Virus record (IMG/VR): IMGVR_UViG_2528311002_000006
Span: 25,162 to 89,161 of that record
Length of the DNA stretch: 64,000 bases
From: a virus
Lineage: Duplodnaviria > Caudoviricetes
Strand: one strand, 5' to 3'
In this document: positions 14,281 to 24,742 of the stretch, in pieces
How the letters are laid out: each line of letters starts with the position of its first letter
How positions within the stretch are numbered: the first letter of the stretch is position 1
The notes under the pieces: model-generated
The model's database searches: none
What the model saw: only the letters and a program-made list of their open reading frames with translations
Told to the model about the DNA's origin: nothing
Position numbers and translations under genes: made by a program

Positions 14281-16305
14281 CTATCGGTTGTAGCCCAGCT
14301 TCTCCAACTCGGCCACCTTCTGGTCATAGGTGAGCCTGGGGTTGTCGCGGATGGCCAAGGCCTGCTTGTTCGCATCTATCGCCTGCAGCGATCTTTCAGC
14401 ACCACCTACAAACTGCTGGTTGACTGTATCGAAGACCATAGTGGGCTCGCGCACAGTCTGGCCATCGACTACCGATGTGCCGCCGCCCACGGTCATGTAG
14501 CGATCCTTGCCCTGCGGGTCGGCTGTCTTGAGTCCAAACACATCTGGATGCTGGCGAATGATCGACATGCGCTCAGCCTCGGTCGCAGCATTGTCGTAGC
14601 GACTCATGATGTCGTTGGCGCGGCGCGCTTTGGTCACCTCCTGAGCCGTCAGCGCCGCACGCGAGTTCGCTTCCGGACCACGCTGAGCCAACTCCGCAGC
14701 AACGAGGGCATTGCGACCAGCTACGCGGTAATACTCGCCCTGTTCGCGCAACGCCTCCCTCTGCAATCCACCGCTTTGCCGCATCGCTTCCTGCTGAAGG
14801 TCACCCTGAATCTTGGCATTGCCAGCATCCATGGCGTCGAGCGACCTGAGCGCTTGCGCGCCACGAGCAGCAGTAGGCTTGTGGATGGAGCTCGCCTGTG
14901 TCTCGGCATCCTTTCGCTGTTGCTCGGGGGTGCGGCCCCAAGCATTGCCGCTTCCAGAGCCCTGGCCGATTGAGCCGGAAAACCCCGCCTGGGTCTGCTG
15001 CTCAGCGTTCTGACCACCGAAATCCTGGCCGCGCCCAGCGTAATGGGAGCGCACAGCATCGAAGTCGCCCCTCGCTGCCGCAGCCGCGAGCGCGGAATCC
15101 ACCCCGGCTGCACCACCTCCCACACCTGGGGCTGCTGCCGTGCCCCTCTCGCCCGGCTGCCGCTGGTCATAAGCGGGGTTGTAGCCCACTCGCTGACCAA
15201 TCAAGCCTTCGCGTTGGGCCTGTTCAACGAACATCCCCACAGGAGAGCGGCCAGCAGACGCGCCAGAGGTCAGCGGGTTGCCACTCGGAAAAGCATAGTT
15301 GCCTGCACCGTCCATCCCAACAGAAGCGCCCGCTGGGGTCGAATCTACCCGGCTGAAACCATTGCCGCGAATGCCTGCACCAGGCAGCGGCTTGCCCGCA
15401 CCATCGGCGTAAGACACCGGCCCCGACACATCAGTGCCGCTGAAGGACATGGTTCCATTGGGCTGGCGCTGCATGGTCACTCGGCCACCCGGGTTGGCTT
15501 GTGCCACCTCGGCATTGCTCATGCCGGTACGATCCCATTGGGCCATGGGGTTGCCAGATACTGTCGCACCACTGGCCATGGTCGGGGTCGGTGCGCTGGG
15601 GTCAGCCATCGGCGGATTGATGGAGCCGCGCCCGCCACCGACTTCAGCGGCTCCCGCTCCGGCACCAGCGGTCTGAGCTGGCTGCACAGCTGCAGCGCCA
15701 GGCGCTTTGCTGCTGGCGGTCTGTTGCATGCGCTTTTGGTCGGTGAACGGCGTCATGCTGCTCGGATCGACGCCATCAGGTACCAGGTGGGGGCTCAGGT
15801 AGCTGGCATTGACGCCGGCTGCGCGCATGGGCCGAACCACGGCACTGTCATATGCACCCACCACGCCGCGAGGCACGAGCATCGCCATATCTGCAATGGC
15901 GCGACCTGCGTCGTCGTTCACATCCTTGACGGTATCCCAGGCCGCACCGACTCGCGCTCTATCGGACTGAGCCTGCGGGGACAGTGGCACGGCAGCGGCG
16001 GAACCTGCAGCAGAATTCGCAGCTGGCGCAGGTGTGAAGCCCGGCGATTGCGCGCTAGGTTTAGGGGCGGTCGCTGGCGCGGCAGGTGTGTTCATCGCCG
16101 CGTCCGCAATAGGGTTCGACTTCTGTTGCGCTTGAGCCGGCTGCTGCACAAGCGGATTACCACCGATGCCCGCAGGCACTTTGGCAAAGCGACTGGCATT
16201 GCTCGGGTCAGTCGAAGCAGCCAAGCTCTGAACTTGCCCGGCCTTTGCATCAGCTGCTGCTACGGCTTGCTGCTGTCGCTGGATTTCATCTTTGGGGTTG
16301 GCCAT
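14281..16305 (-). CDS. Probable internal virion/ejection protein
   Basis: 674 aa, A/G/Q-rich, in the late operon after the adaptor. Confidence 0.65.
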   Translation of the reverse strand: MANPKDEIQRQQQAVAAADAKAGQVQSLAASTDPSNASRFAKVPAGIGGNPLVQQPAQAQQKSNPIADAAMNTPAAPATAPKPSAQSPGFTPAPAANSAAGSAAAVPLSPQAQSDRARVGAAWDTVKDVNDDAGRAIADMAMLVPRGVVGAYDSAVVRPMRAAGVNASYLSPHLVPDGVDPSSMTPFTDQKRMQQTASSKAPGAAAVQPAQTAGAGAGAAEVGGGRGSINPPMADPSAPTPTMASGATVSGNPMAQWDRTGMSNAEVAQANPGGRVTMQRQPNGTMSFSGTDVSGPVSYADGAGKPLPGAGIRGNGFSRVDSTPAGASVGMDGAGNYAFPSGNPLTSGASAGRSPVGMFVEQAQREGLIGQRVGYNPAYDQRQPGERGTAAAPGVGGGAAGVDSALAAAAARGDFDAVRSHYAGRGQDFGGQNAEQQTQAGFSGSIGQGSGSGNAWGRTPEQQRKDAETQASSIHKPTAARGAQALRSLDAMDAGNAKIQGDLQQEAMRQSGGLQREALREQGEYYRVAGRNALVAAELAQRGPEANSRAALTAQEVTKARRANDIMSRYDNAATEAERMSIIRQHPDVFGLKTADPQGKDRYMTVGGGTSVVDGQTVREPTMVFDTVNQQFVGGAERSLQAIDANKQALAIRDNPRLTYDQKVAELEKLGYNR

Positions 16306-16322
16306 GGCCTATCCTTTCGGGA

Positions 16323-16979
16323 TCAGGCCAGCGGAGCGGGCAATGCCCCTGCACCGTCCCTCACCCAGTTTTCATTGCGCAGGCTGCTCTTCTTGCCAAA
16401 CTCAGCCTCGAATTTCCGCAGCGCGGTCTCGGATTTGTTCGGGTCGTACAGATCAACGTCCTGAGTTCCGTACACGCGATGTATGACCCACTCCACCAAT
16501 GCAGGGTGCGCCTCTTCCCTGATCTCCGGCCTGTCGGAGTCAACGACCATAGGCTTCATTGGCAGGCGCTGGACGCTCAGCCGGACTTCCCCACTCTGGT
16601 TCGGGATGGGCCAAAGGTGCAAAGCGTCAGTGGTGAGCCCGGAAATCAAGACCCTGGGCTTATCGCGCTGGGAGTCAAACTGCCAGTTGGGATGATTGAG
16701 ATCCATCACATCGACCGGCACCACCCTGACCTGGCAGCCATCCACGTAGGAACGCAACACTTTCAGCACCCTGCGATCGAACTGGATCAGCTCGGCGCCG
16801 GCCTGGAACTGCACCTGACACATGGCACCGGTGGACTGCAAGAGCAATTGCCCTCTGCGGCAGGCCTCGTCCTGCGCTTCCTTCAGATACAGGCGCACGG
16901 TGTCGTCGTCACACAGGTGGGGCTCTTCCTTGTCCTGCGCCCTGAAGCGATACAAAGCAATGAGCTCTTCGAGTGTCAT
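16323..16979 (-). CDS. Probable head-tail adaptor protein
   Basis: MTLEELI...YLKEAQDEACRR...PEIREEAHPALVEW; downstream of capsid. Confidence 0.7.
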   Translation of the reverse strand: MTLEELIALYRFRAQDKEEPHLCDDDTVRLYLKEAQDEACRRGQLLLQSTGAMCQVQFQAGAELIQFDRRVLKVLRSYVDGCQVRVVPVDVMDLNHPNWQFDSQRDKPRVLISGLTTDALHLWPIPNQSGEVRLSVQRLPMKPMVVDSDRPEIREEAHPALVEWVIHRVYGTQDVDLYDPNKSETALRKFEAEFGKKSSLRNENWVRDGAGALPAPLA

Positions 16980-16996
16980 GTCGCGCCCGGCTTGAG

Positions 16997-17473
16997 TTAG
17001 CGGCGCTGGGCCAGGATCTCACGCAGCCACTGGTGGCCACGCGCATCGGGATCGTGGATCACGGTAAACGGGTACTTGAGTACATGGCGCTGTGTCAGCT
17101 TGTTCATGCGCTCGCCGAGAGCTATGTCCAAGGTCTGGTCATAGTCAGTCTTTTTGGCGCGGGCCAGCACTTCCACATACTTGCGCTTCACATCAATGGG
17201 AATGTCGCGCGGCAGATAGATGAACGAGCCATTGACGCCCACAGGCACGCTGGGGGTTTCATCGTCGGCTCCATTGGAGGCAACGATGATGGTCAGCAGA
17301 TCGTTCATGAAGGCTTCGTGCGCGACATCATCCATGCCCACTTCGGTAACGATCGACTCCACATCGCCCGCAGCCTCGCCCAGCACCAGCTCGGGGGCCG
17401 CGCCCAGATACTCAGCACCGGCATCCACCTCGCGCTGCTTACCGCCACGACGACCGACAGTAGATCCATTCAT
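16997..17473 (-). CDS. Hypothetical virion-associated protein
   Basis: 158-aa ORF with RBS between capsid and adaptor. Confidence 0.7.
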   Translation of the reverse strand: MNGSTVGRRGGKQREVDAGAEYLGAAPELVLGEAAGDVESIVTEVGMDDVAHEAFMNDLLTIIVASNGADDETPSVPVGVNGSFIYLPRDIPIDVKRKYVEVLARAKKTDYDQTLDIALGERMNKLTQRHVLKYPFTVIHDPDARGHQWLREILAQRR

Positions 17474-17537
17474 TTGTATTTCCTTGAAGAAGTACCAAAG
17501 GCGGGCCGCCCTTACCTAGCAGCCCGCCTTGTGGGGT

Positions 17538-18578
17538 TTAGACCAGATCGGAGACGCCGGCCTCAACCACCGCCATCCAGCCTTCGTTGAGCAGCACGCA
17601 GTTCATGTAGAACTTGGCGCCCACATAGCCACGCTGGCCCAGAGGGTCGGACTTGTCCTTGGTGCCAGGCGGGATGTAGGTCGGATCGAGCGCGTTGGCA
17701 CCGCGCAGTGCCAACTGGCCCCATGCGTCTTCACCGGTCACGACGAACGGATACACGTCCACATTGGTATCACCCAGCAAGCCGGTACCGCCCACGGCCG
17801 CGCCAGCACCCAGGTAAGGTGCCAGCTCGGGGCTGGTCACGAAGCGGTAGTTCTCGCAGGAGCCCAGCTCGTAGGGAGAGACAACCTTGCGCGAGCCATA
17901 CTCGGCCACCGGCGTGAACTTGGGCAAGTCGCGGATGTCGGACTCGGCGTCGGACGACACGAACACCAGATACGAGGCTTCCACGGGGGAGGTCTTGATA
18001 TTGGTGCTGGGCGCCAGAATGCCGGTGACGCGCTTGGCATGGTTCGCCTGCAGGCCACGGCTGACCTTGCGCAGAATGGGCAGTGTGATCTTGCCGGCCA
18101 CGGTGGCGCGGCTGGACGCATTGCCGGCGTAGAACACATTGGTGCACGCCTTGACCACGCCGTAGCGGATCATTTCGCGCAGCAGGCCGATACGCTCACC
18201 GCACTGCTTCTTCATTTCCGAAGACACATCATCCTCGTAGAAGTCTGCAGTCTGGTTGGTCAGCTGGTACAGGCAACCATATTCCTTGATGGTCACGGTA
18301 ATGTCCTGGGGTACCAGCGAATCGGCCGTGGGCGTGACACCTTCGGTCAGCTCGTGCTGAGCGGGGTCGGCCTTGGGGCGGTTGCGGGTGTTCCAGTCGG
18401 TATTGGCCGCGCCATGGGGCAGATAGCGGCGGTACACCACGGTCTTGCCCTGGTTCTTGACCATGCCGCGCTGCTGACCTGTCAGGCCCAGCACTTCGCA
18501 GCTGACGGCGTGCGCCAGGATTTCGCCCTTGATTTTGCCAATCCGGGGCGTCGGATTGTTGCTCTCAAACTGAGCCAT
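17538..18578 (-). CDS. Major capsid protein, N4-gp56 family
   Basis: LTEGVTP, DKSDPLGQRGYVGAK, LLNEGWMAVVE. Confidence 0.9.
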   Translation of the reverse strand: MAQFESNNPTPRIGKIKGEILAHAVSCEVLGLTGQQRGMVKNQGKTVVYRRYLPHGAANTDWNTRNRPKADPAQHELTEGVTPTADSLVPQDITVTIKEYGCLYQLTNQTADFYEDDVSSEMKKQCGERIGLLREMIRYGVVKACTNVFYAGNASSRATVAGKITLPILRKVSRGLQANHAKRVTGILAPSTNIKTSPVEASYLVFVSSDAESDIRDLPKFTPVAEYGSRKVVSPYELGSCENYRFVTSPELAPYLGAGAAVGGTGLLGDTNVDVYPFVVTGEDAWGQLALRGANALDPTYIPPGTKDKSDPLGQRGYVGAKFYMNCVLLNEGWMAVVEAGVSDLV

Positions 18579-18607
18579 GACTCATCCTTTCGTACAGGCA
18601 CAAAGGC

Positions 18608-19753
18608 CTACAGGCGCTGCTTGGCGACGGCATTGAACGCGGCTTCAAATTCCTCGTCCTCCGTCATCGCGGCAGCAGGCTTGGGAACATGCCCGGTCGG
18701 AGTCAGCGAGCGCTCCAGACGCTCCTGTGCCTTGGCGCTTTTGGTGACGGCGGCTTCACGCGCGGTCTTCCACTGCCCGAACGTGTCGAGCACACCGGCG
18801 AACTTTTCGGCGGTGTTGGCCTGCAGGTACTGCTGCTGATACGACTGGTCTTGTGCACCAAGCCAGAGATTGAATTCCTGCCCAGCTACCGTCTCGCGCC
18901 AGCCGGGGCGAACGCGGTCGAGCACCAACTGCTCAACTTGGATGCTGGGGTCGCTTTGCTGCTGGGCAGCTACGGCCGAAGCCGTGTCTACGTGCTGGGA
19001 TTCAGCCGAGGCGTGAACCTCGGCTGCAGCGGAATGCGGCATGTCCACGGGCAAAGCCGCGCCCTGCCCGCCAGGCTCGACCGGCGTTTTCTGCGCTTGC
19101 GGCAGCTGCTGGAGCTGCTGCATGCGGAGCATGGTGGTCACGATGCCGCGCACCAAGCCCTCTTCGGAGTAATCACCGAAAGCGGCAGCATCAATCTTTG
19201 CTTGAGCCATCACATCGGTGACTGCCTTGTCAAAGGCCTCACCTTCCAGACCGGAGAGTGCAATGCCGCCGAAGTTACCGGGGGCATGTTCAGCCGGGGC
19301 CTTGCGGAGCCGGTCGTTCAACTCGCCAATCTTTCCGTGAACCTTGCGCAGGCCCGCGCTGAGCCCTTCCACTTCGGATGCACGCGATAGCAGGTTGCGC
19401 AGTTCGCGGCGGGTCAGGCCATCGAGCACAACCTCTTCGTTCGGGTCTGGATCTGCATCAGCCTGGCCGCTGCCATCTTCCGCACCGCCTTGCTGTCCGG
19501 TAGCTGGGGCCGCGCCCTGCTCACCAGATGCAGCCGCGCCCGCCTCGCCGGGGGGCACTTCGGTAGCGGGCGCTTGAGAAGCACCAGCGGCATCGGAGCC
19601 ATTGGCATTGTCTTGGGCCGCGCCCTGCGCACCCTCGGTACCGGCATCCACTGCATCGGCAGCTGCTGCTGCGGGTGCTTGCTGCTCGGGTTCGAGGTTC
19701 ATCACAGAGGCAAAGCCTTGTTCAAAACCCTGGTCTTCCTGTTCCATGCTCAT
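18608..19753 (-). CDS. Putative scaffolding protein
   Basis: Acidic, low-complexity, immediately upstream of capsid. Confidence 0.65.
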   Translation of the reverse strand: MSMEQEDQGFEQGFASVMNLEPEQQAPAAAAADAVDAGTEGAQGAAQDNANGSDAAGASQAPATEVPPGEAGAAASGEQGAAPATGQQGGAEDGSGQADADPDPNEEVVLDGLTRRELRNLLSRASEVEGLSAGLRKVHGKIGELNDRLRKAPAEHAPGNFGGIALSGLEGEAFDKAVTDVMAQAKIDAAAFGDYSEEGLVRGIVTTMLRMQQLQQLPQAQKTPVEPGGQGAALPVDMPHSAAAEVHASAESQHVDTASAVAAQQQSDPSIQVEQLVLDRVRPGWRETVAGQEFNLWLGAQDQSYQQQYLQANTAEKFAGVLDTFGQWKTAREAAVTKSAKAQERLERSLTPTGHVPKPAAAMTEDEEFEAAFNAVAKQRL

Positions 19754-19779
19754 GCGTATTGCTCCAAACGTCTATGGGT

Positions 19780-20022
19780 TCAGTAGCCGCCTGGGCTTAT
19801 CTGACGACTGGCCCGGTCTTCCGCCTCTCGGCGTTTCGTGGGCATATCCAGCAACTCCTTCCACACCGCAATGCGTCCCCGGATTACCGAAGTGGCTTGC
19901 AGGTCGTGGCCGACGCCATCGTTTTTCAGTCGCAAATCGTCCAGCTGCTTGCGTGCATGGGCCTCGATGACCTTCCAGGCGTCGGAGTCGAAATCAATCT
20001 CAAGCTCGGGCGCCTTCTTCAT
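19780..20022 (-). CDS. Small head-region protein
   Basis: W...L.R.KND...IRGRI pattern; follows the late-promoter motif. Confidence 0.7.
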   Translation of the reverse strand: MKKAPELEIDFDSDAWKVIEAHARKQLDDLRLKNDGVGHDLQATSVIRGRIAVWKELLDMPTKRREAEDRASRQISPGGY

Positions 20023-20056
20023 ATATCCAGCCAATACGCGCGTTACTGATGGATGA

Positions 20057-20099
20057 ATGCTCGTAGAGAGGGTGGGAATGTCTAAACCACATGCAGGGG
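20057..20099 (-). promoter_or_regulatory. Putative late promoter, copy 2
   Basis: CCCCTGCATGTGGTTTAGA-N18-GAGCAT. Confidence 0.55.
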
Positions 20100-20172
20100 C
20101 GGCGCGCACTGGTCATGAAAAAACCGCCACTGCGGGCGGTTGGGCTATCGGCTCAGGAGCTCAGTGCTCGGA

Positions 20173-20817
20173 TCAATGTGCCTGCGAGAAGTCATGCTGT
20201 ACGCTCTGCGCCCCTGACTCCAATTGCTGGGTTCGCTCGCCAGTGCCAGCATCCACGGCACCTGCCACATGCTCGGTGATCTTGGAGCTGCTGGGCAAAG
20301 GGACACCTTCCACCAATTTCTTGATGGTGGGCAGCACCTCGGAGGCCAGGCTTTCTCCCAACACCACAAAGAACGGCGGCTGTGCACATGCATTCAACAC
20401 ATCGATCTGGATAAATCCGCCGTCGCAGGACACATGCGCCAGGGCCTTGCCACAGGCGGTATCCACATCCAGGGAGATTGGCCCAATGGCTGGCTTGGGC
20501 GCGCCGCCTTCATTCGGGGAAGGCACAACACAAGCGCCCCACAGCATGAGCTGCAGCGCCAGATCCTTGGCCTGGGCTTCGGCTGACGCCGCGCCGCTGC
20601 TCTCCAAATGGATACCCACCATGTCTTCGACGCCCAGCACCAAACCTTCGTAGCCGTTCGGCAGTTTTTGACTCGTCAAACTCAGGCAATCGTTGTCCCA
20701 TACCCAGGTGATATGGCCGAAGTCATTGCCGTGCTCGTCTTTGAGCTTGATAGCTCGGGCTACGCCTTGGGGCGTGGCAAGGATTTCGTCGGTGAGGGTT
20801 TTGTGGTCAATGGTCAT
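20173..20817 (-). CDS. Hypothetical protein between portal and head genes
   Basis: 214-aa ORF followed by terminator-like hairpin at 20118-20141. Confidence 0.65.
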   Translation of the reverse strand: MTIDHKTLTDEILATPQGVARAIKLKDEHGNDFGHITWVWDNDCLSLTSQKLPNGYEGLVLGVEDMVGIHLESSGAASAEAQAKDLALQLMLWGACVVPSPNEGGAPKPAIGPISLDVDTACGKALAHVSCDGGFIQIDVLNACAQPPFFVVLGESLASEVLPTIKKLVEGVPLPSSSKITEHVAGAVDAGTGERTQQLESGAQSVQHDFSQAH

Positions 20818-20911
20818 GGTTGCTAAATAGGAATGAATGGATGGGAATGGACGGAAATGGATGGGGACTGCTGCCGTTTCAAGTCCAGCAGCTTCTACTC
20901 CCGCAGGCAGT

Positions 20912-23239
20912 TCAGTCGCCGCCCCCTTCGATGCCGGCCATCATTCCTGTAGCAGGCGATGCTGGATTGGCGGGGGTCAAGGGGTTGGTATTGGTCTGAG
21001 GTGGAGGAACCAGCCCACTTGCCACCAACTCATTGCCTTGCACCTGGGGGAGCGCTGGGGGCAGATCCTTGTCAGTCCCGCCTGCCGATTTCCAAATTGC
21101 GTCAGAGGCACCCGCCACAGGGGATGCCATCAGCAGGTTCTTGGCCGCCTCGGTAGCGCTATACATGCCCTCAACATTCGTTGTCGCTGCCTGTGCCAGA
21201 AGCTGCTCGGCGCGTGCTTGCTCCACGGAGACTTTGACATGCTCCACGGCGGTGCGGGCCTGGGTGTGCTCGGCCTGAGCTGCCAGCAGCTGCGCGCGCG
21301 CCTGCAATGTAGGATCTTGCTGCGGGGCCTGCTGAGCCTGCTTCTGTTCCTCAGTCAACGCCACGCGCTCGGGGTCAAGGCGCTGCCCCTTCAGCAATTC
21401 CCTCATCAGGCGCGCCGGGTCGAGGCCATATGTCGGGTCTTTGGAGATCGCCAGCATCTGCATGAGGAAGGACTGCTGGGTGTTGCGCTCCAGTAGTGCC
21501 GAAGAAGCGCGCACATCGATCTGGAAGTCGCCCTTGATGCTGTCGTCGTCGTTGTACTGCATCATCCAGTCAAAATAGCGCTGGATATGCGGCTGCGTCA
21601 CATAGTCGTCAAAGCGGCGGGCAAGGCGGCGCAGAACACTGGAGGCATTGTTATCCTGCAGCTGCATCCCGCCCAGCGTGTTGGGAGAATCGCCCCGGAT
21701 TCCCTGCAGCATGGCAGGCAAACCGGTCGTGTCCTCAGCCATAGACATGGCCCAGTTGATGATGTTCATCAACTCGTTCTGCACACTGGGGACAATAAAT
21801 GCATTGAACGCTTGCCGTACATCGGTGATGTCCGCATCCGCTTCTACACGCCAGCGTTTGCCTGGGTACAGAGTCCAAGTGCCGTCCTCGGGGGTGACTT
21901 TGTTGCCCAGGATGATCTGGGGCGCCGCGCTCAGACTGGCGTTATCCATCATGGCGCGCACGGAGCCGTTCAAGATGCGCTGCACTGTGCGGATCTGGCG
22001 GGATACGCCCACGCCCCAAGGCAATCCTGGGCGGCGCTGCCATGCCAACACATCGTAGGGGAACTCCCCTTCATCCATGACTGACAACGTGATCTTGACC
22101 AGTCGATCATTGATCACCACGGCCATGGCAGGCATCTTCTCTTCCACATCCTCTTCCAGCTCCACGCCATACATGCGCAGGTGCTCGGCCGCGCAGTGGC
22201 CATGGAAGATCCACATTTCAAACTCGGCGTCGTTCTGACGATGGCTGGATTCGGAGCCTTCACGGGCAGACTTGGGGCCCTCGCGCAGGACGGCCAGCAG
22301 CTCTTCCTTGTCATAGCCCGACATTTCGAGCATTTCCTTGACCTTGCGGCTCGACAGATACTCACGCTCCCATGTGTAGCTGCCGTTATGGATGTTCTCG
22401 CCGCAGGCGGGGTCTGGGAAGAAATTCCAGGGGTCGATGCGCTTGGAGCCCGGCTTGATCTCGGACAAGCGAATGAACTTGACCTCGCCAGTCACTGGAT
22501 CTCGCTTCGCCATCCGGGCCACGCGCCGAACGGGGAACGGGCCTTTGAACACGCCCGATCCGATGCGCCCGGAGTCTTCAATCATCTGGCGCATCTCGCC
22601 ATGCCAGTTGGACTCCACCAGGCAGTCTTCGATAGCCTGCTCCATCTTCTTGGCCGCAGTCTTGGCGTTCTGGATCTGCAGATCGACAAACTGCTCCATC
22701 ACCTTCGGGCTGTAAATCGGGCCCATCATTTCCCGCAGTTGCTGCATCAGGTACGGGGTGAGCTTCGGGATCGGGGTCGGGCTGATCGCCCATGCCCGGT
22801 CATCTGTCGGGAGCAGCATGTCGGAAACCCGCGCACTGGCGGCATCCACATAGGAGCGTGTGATGTTGAGGAACACCACAGATCGCGCCGGCCCGGCTGG
22901 CCCGGTGGTGTCCTTGCCCGTGATGTGCGCCTTGGAAGTGCGATACAGCTGGTTGGCCGCATGGAAGGCACGATTGGCATCGTCGATGCCTTGATAGTGC
23001 TCCTCGTCTTCGCTCCACTCCAGCTCAATACCCGACGAGGCGCGTCCTGCGACAGCTTCGCGGCGCTTGCCGATCAGATTGAGCAGGAATGTATCGCGCT
23101 CGTGCTTGATCTTGGCCTCGATGGTGTCTTGATCCTCCAGCTCGGTACCGGGCATAACCGTCGCCATGGTGTCTTTGAAGCCGCGTTCAAACGCTTGCTG
23201 GGCGTTTTCGCCCATGGGTTTGTGTGTCATAGGCTGCAT
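20912..23239 (-). CDS. Portal protein
   Basis: About 775 aa after terminase; IDPWNFFPDP, PWGVGV, DFQIDVRASS. Confidence 0.85.
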   Translation of the reverse strand: MQPMTHKPMGENAQQAFERGFKDTMATVMPGTELEDQDTIEAKIKHERDTFLLNLIGKRREAVAGRASSGIELEWSEDEEHYQGIDDANRAFHAANQLYRTSKAHITGKDTTGPAGPARSVVFLNITRSYVDAASARVSDMLLPTDDRAWAISPTPIPKLTPYLMQQLREMMGPIYSPKVMEQFVDLQIQNAKTAAKKMEQAIEDCLVESNWHGEMRQMIEDSGRIGSGVFKGPFPVRRVARMAKRDPVTGEVKFIRLSEIKPGSKRIDPWNFFPDPACGENIHNGSYTWEREYLSSRKVKEMLEMSGYDKEELLAVLREGPKSAREGSESSHRQNDAEFEMWIFHGHCAAEHLRMYGVELEEDVEEKMPAMAVVINDRLVKITLSVMDEGEFPYDVLAWQRRPGLPWGVGVSRQIRTVQRILNGSVRAMMDNASLSAAPQIILGNKVTPEDGTWTLYPGKRWRVEADADITDVRQAFNAFIVPSVQNELMNIINWAMSMAEDTTGLPAMLQGIRGDSPNTLGGMQLQDNNASSVLRRLARRFDDYVTQPHIQRYFDWMMQYNDDDSIKGDFQIDVRASSALLERNTQQSFLMQMLAISKDPTYGLDPARLMRELLKGQRLDPERVALTEEQKQAQQAPQQDPTLQARAQLLAAQAEHTQARTAVEHVKVSVEQARAEQLLAQAATTNVEGMYSATEAAKNLLMASPVAGASDAIWKSAGGTDKDLPPALPQVQGNELVASGLVPPPQTNTNPLTPANPASPATGMMAGIEGGGD

Positions 23240-23240
23240 G

Positions 23241-24005
23241 TCAGTACCCAATCTCTCTATCTAGTGGGGCCCAGTTGTTCTGGGATTGCGCCTGCGGCAT
23301 GGGCCTGACCTTGGCCTTGCGCAGCATCATCAGTGCGTATCGGGTGGCGCTCATCAAGTCGTCGCGCAGCTTGACCACCTTCCCGTCCTTGCGGTGGTAC
23401 AGGCGGAACTCGTCAAACCACGGGCTCAGGTGGCTGAACACCTTGAGGCGACCCGTCTGCATGCGCTCCAGCATGTCCATCAACCCGGCCTCGACCCCAT
23501 TGGAGCCATCGGGGAAGGTGGCGCGATCCTTGAGCATCAGCAGACCAGCTGCCGCGTACTGCTTTGCCAGCTGCTCGCCGCTGCCCTTGTCGTGCTGCAG
23601 CCCGTCATGTGGCCAGGATGTAGGCACCCATGGCCCCCAGGCCTTGATGGTGGCCGCATGGATGACCGGGGTTTGCAGGCTCTCTCGGTGGACATGCACC
23701 ACGTAGATGCAGTCCGCTTCGCGGTCGTAGGCCAGTTGCACCGCTGCTGTGGGGTGATCCCAGCCGAAGTCGATGCCATTGATGCGCGGCCAGTGGGCCG
23801 GTATCGCAAAAGGCGTGACCTTGATGCTGTCCTCTTCCACGGGGAAGATACGGCCGCTGCCCAGGGTGGGCGTGCCGCGCGCACGGGCTTCGCGCTCATG
23901 CGGTGGCGAGCTGTCCCACAGCTCCTTCTTGGTCTTGGCGTCCAAGTGCGGCACATCGTCCCAGCCAGCAGTGACGAGATAGCGGCTTTCGGTGACGGCT
24001 GGCAT
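23241..24005 (-). CDS. Terminase large subunit, nuclease half
   Basis: GIDFGWDHPTA, WPHDG, DDLMSATRYA. Confidence 0.88.
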   Translation of the reverse strand: MPAVTESRYLVTAGWDDVPHLDAKTKKELWDSSPPHEREARARGTPTLGSGRIFPVEEDSIKVTPFAIPAHWPRINGIDFGWDHPTAAVQLAYDREADCIYVVHVHRESLQTPVIHAATIKAWGPWVPTSWPHDGLQHDKGSGEQLAKQYAAAGLLMLKDRATFPDGSNGVEAGLMDMLERMQTGRLKVFSHLSPWFDEFRLYHRKDGKVVKLRDDLMSATRYALMMLRKAKVRPMPQAQSQNNWAPLDREIGY

Positions 24006-24742
24006 CAGTCAGCCTCCACTTTCCCCACTGCCTCGGGGTTGATGAACATCAACACCGTTCCGGTCGTGCCCTCCAGCGGGGTAAAGGTGATGTAGACAAT
24101 GCCGTTGGTGGTGGCGGTACGAATCAAGCACTCGCTGTAGATGTCCAGCGGCGGCTCTTCATCAAGCCAGATCCCGTGGCGCTCCGTGCCCTCAAAGCTG
24201 CCGCGCCCCTGCTGGTAGGACTTGAGGCCTAGCTGCGACCAGCCGCCCGACACATGCTTGACCATCACCGTGTCGGCAAGGTCGGCCACGCCCTGTTTCC
24301 AGGCAATCTTTCCAATGCAGTCCCCATAAATCAGCCCGGTACCGGAAAAGGCTTTGGCCTGGGCCACGCCCGTGACCGCGCCGAACAGCTTGTTCTGCAC
24401 GATGTCGCGGGTCGTCTCATTGGTCTTGCCAGCAGCCCAGAAGTTGACGGGGTGATCAAAGCGCCGCCCGTCCCACCAGTCGGGATAGCGGCCAGTCAGG
24501 TGCAAGGCAGTCTCATAACCGCCCATGCCCTCCGTCTTGCCCACCCGGTTGGCAGCCATGGCGCAGCGCTCTCGATAGGTCGCGCCCGCCTTGAAGAACT
24601 CCAGATGCTTCTTATAGAGCTCACGGCGAAGCGGCCCCTTGTCGGGGTACATGGTGTCGATTTTGCGGGTGGCCAGCAGTGCCTTGAGCTGGGCCAGCAT
24701 TTCGGCGCGCACCTCTGGAGATAGGCGGGATACATCCATCAC
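24005..24742 (-). CDS. Terminase large subunit, ATPase half
   Basis: AANRVGKT (Walker A), WLDEE (Walker B), TFTP (motif III). Confidence 0.88.
   Translation of the reverse strand: MMDVSRLSPEVRAEMLAQLKALLATRKIDTMYPDKGPLRRELYKKHLEFFKAGATYRERCAMAANRVGKTEGMGGYETALHLTGRYPDWWDGRRFDHPVNFWAAGKTNETTRDIVQNKLFGAVTGVAQAKAFSGTGLIYGDCIGKIAWKQGVADLADTVMVKHVSGGWSQLGLKSYQQGRGSFEGTERHGIWLDEEPPLDIYSECLIRTATTNGIVYITFTPLEGTTGTVLMFINPEAVGKVEAD

Noticed and set aside
14548-24095. Overlapping alternative ORFs across the head genes (e.g. 15043-16464, 17529-18839, 22181-23308)
   Set aside because: Plus-strand shadows of well-supported minus-strand structural genes
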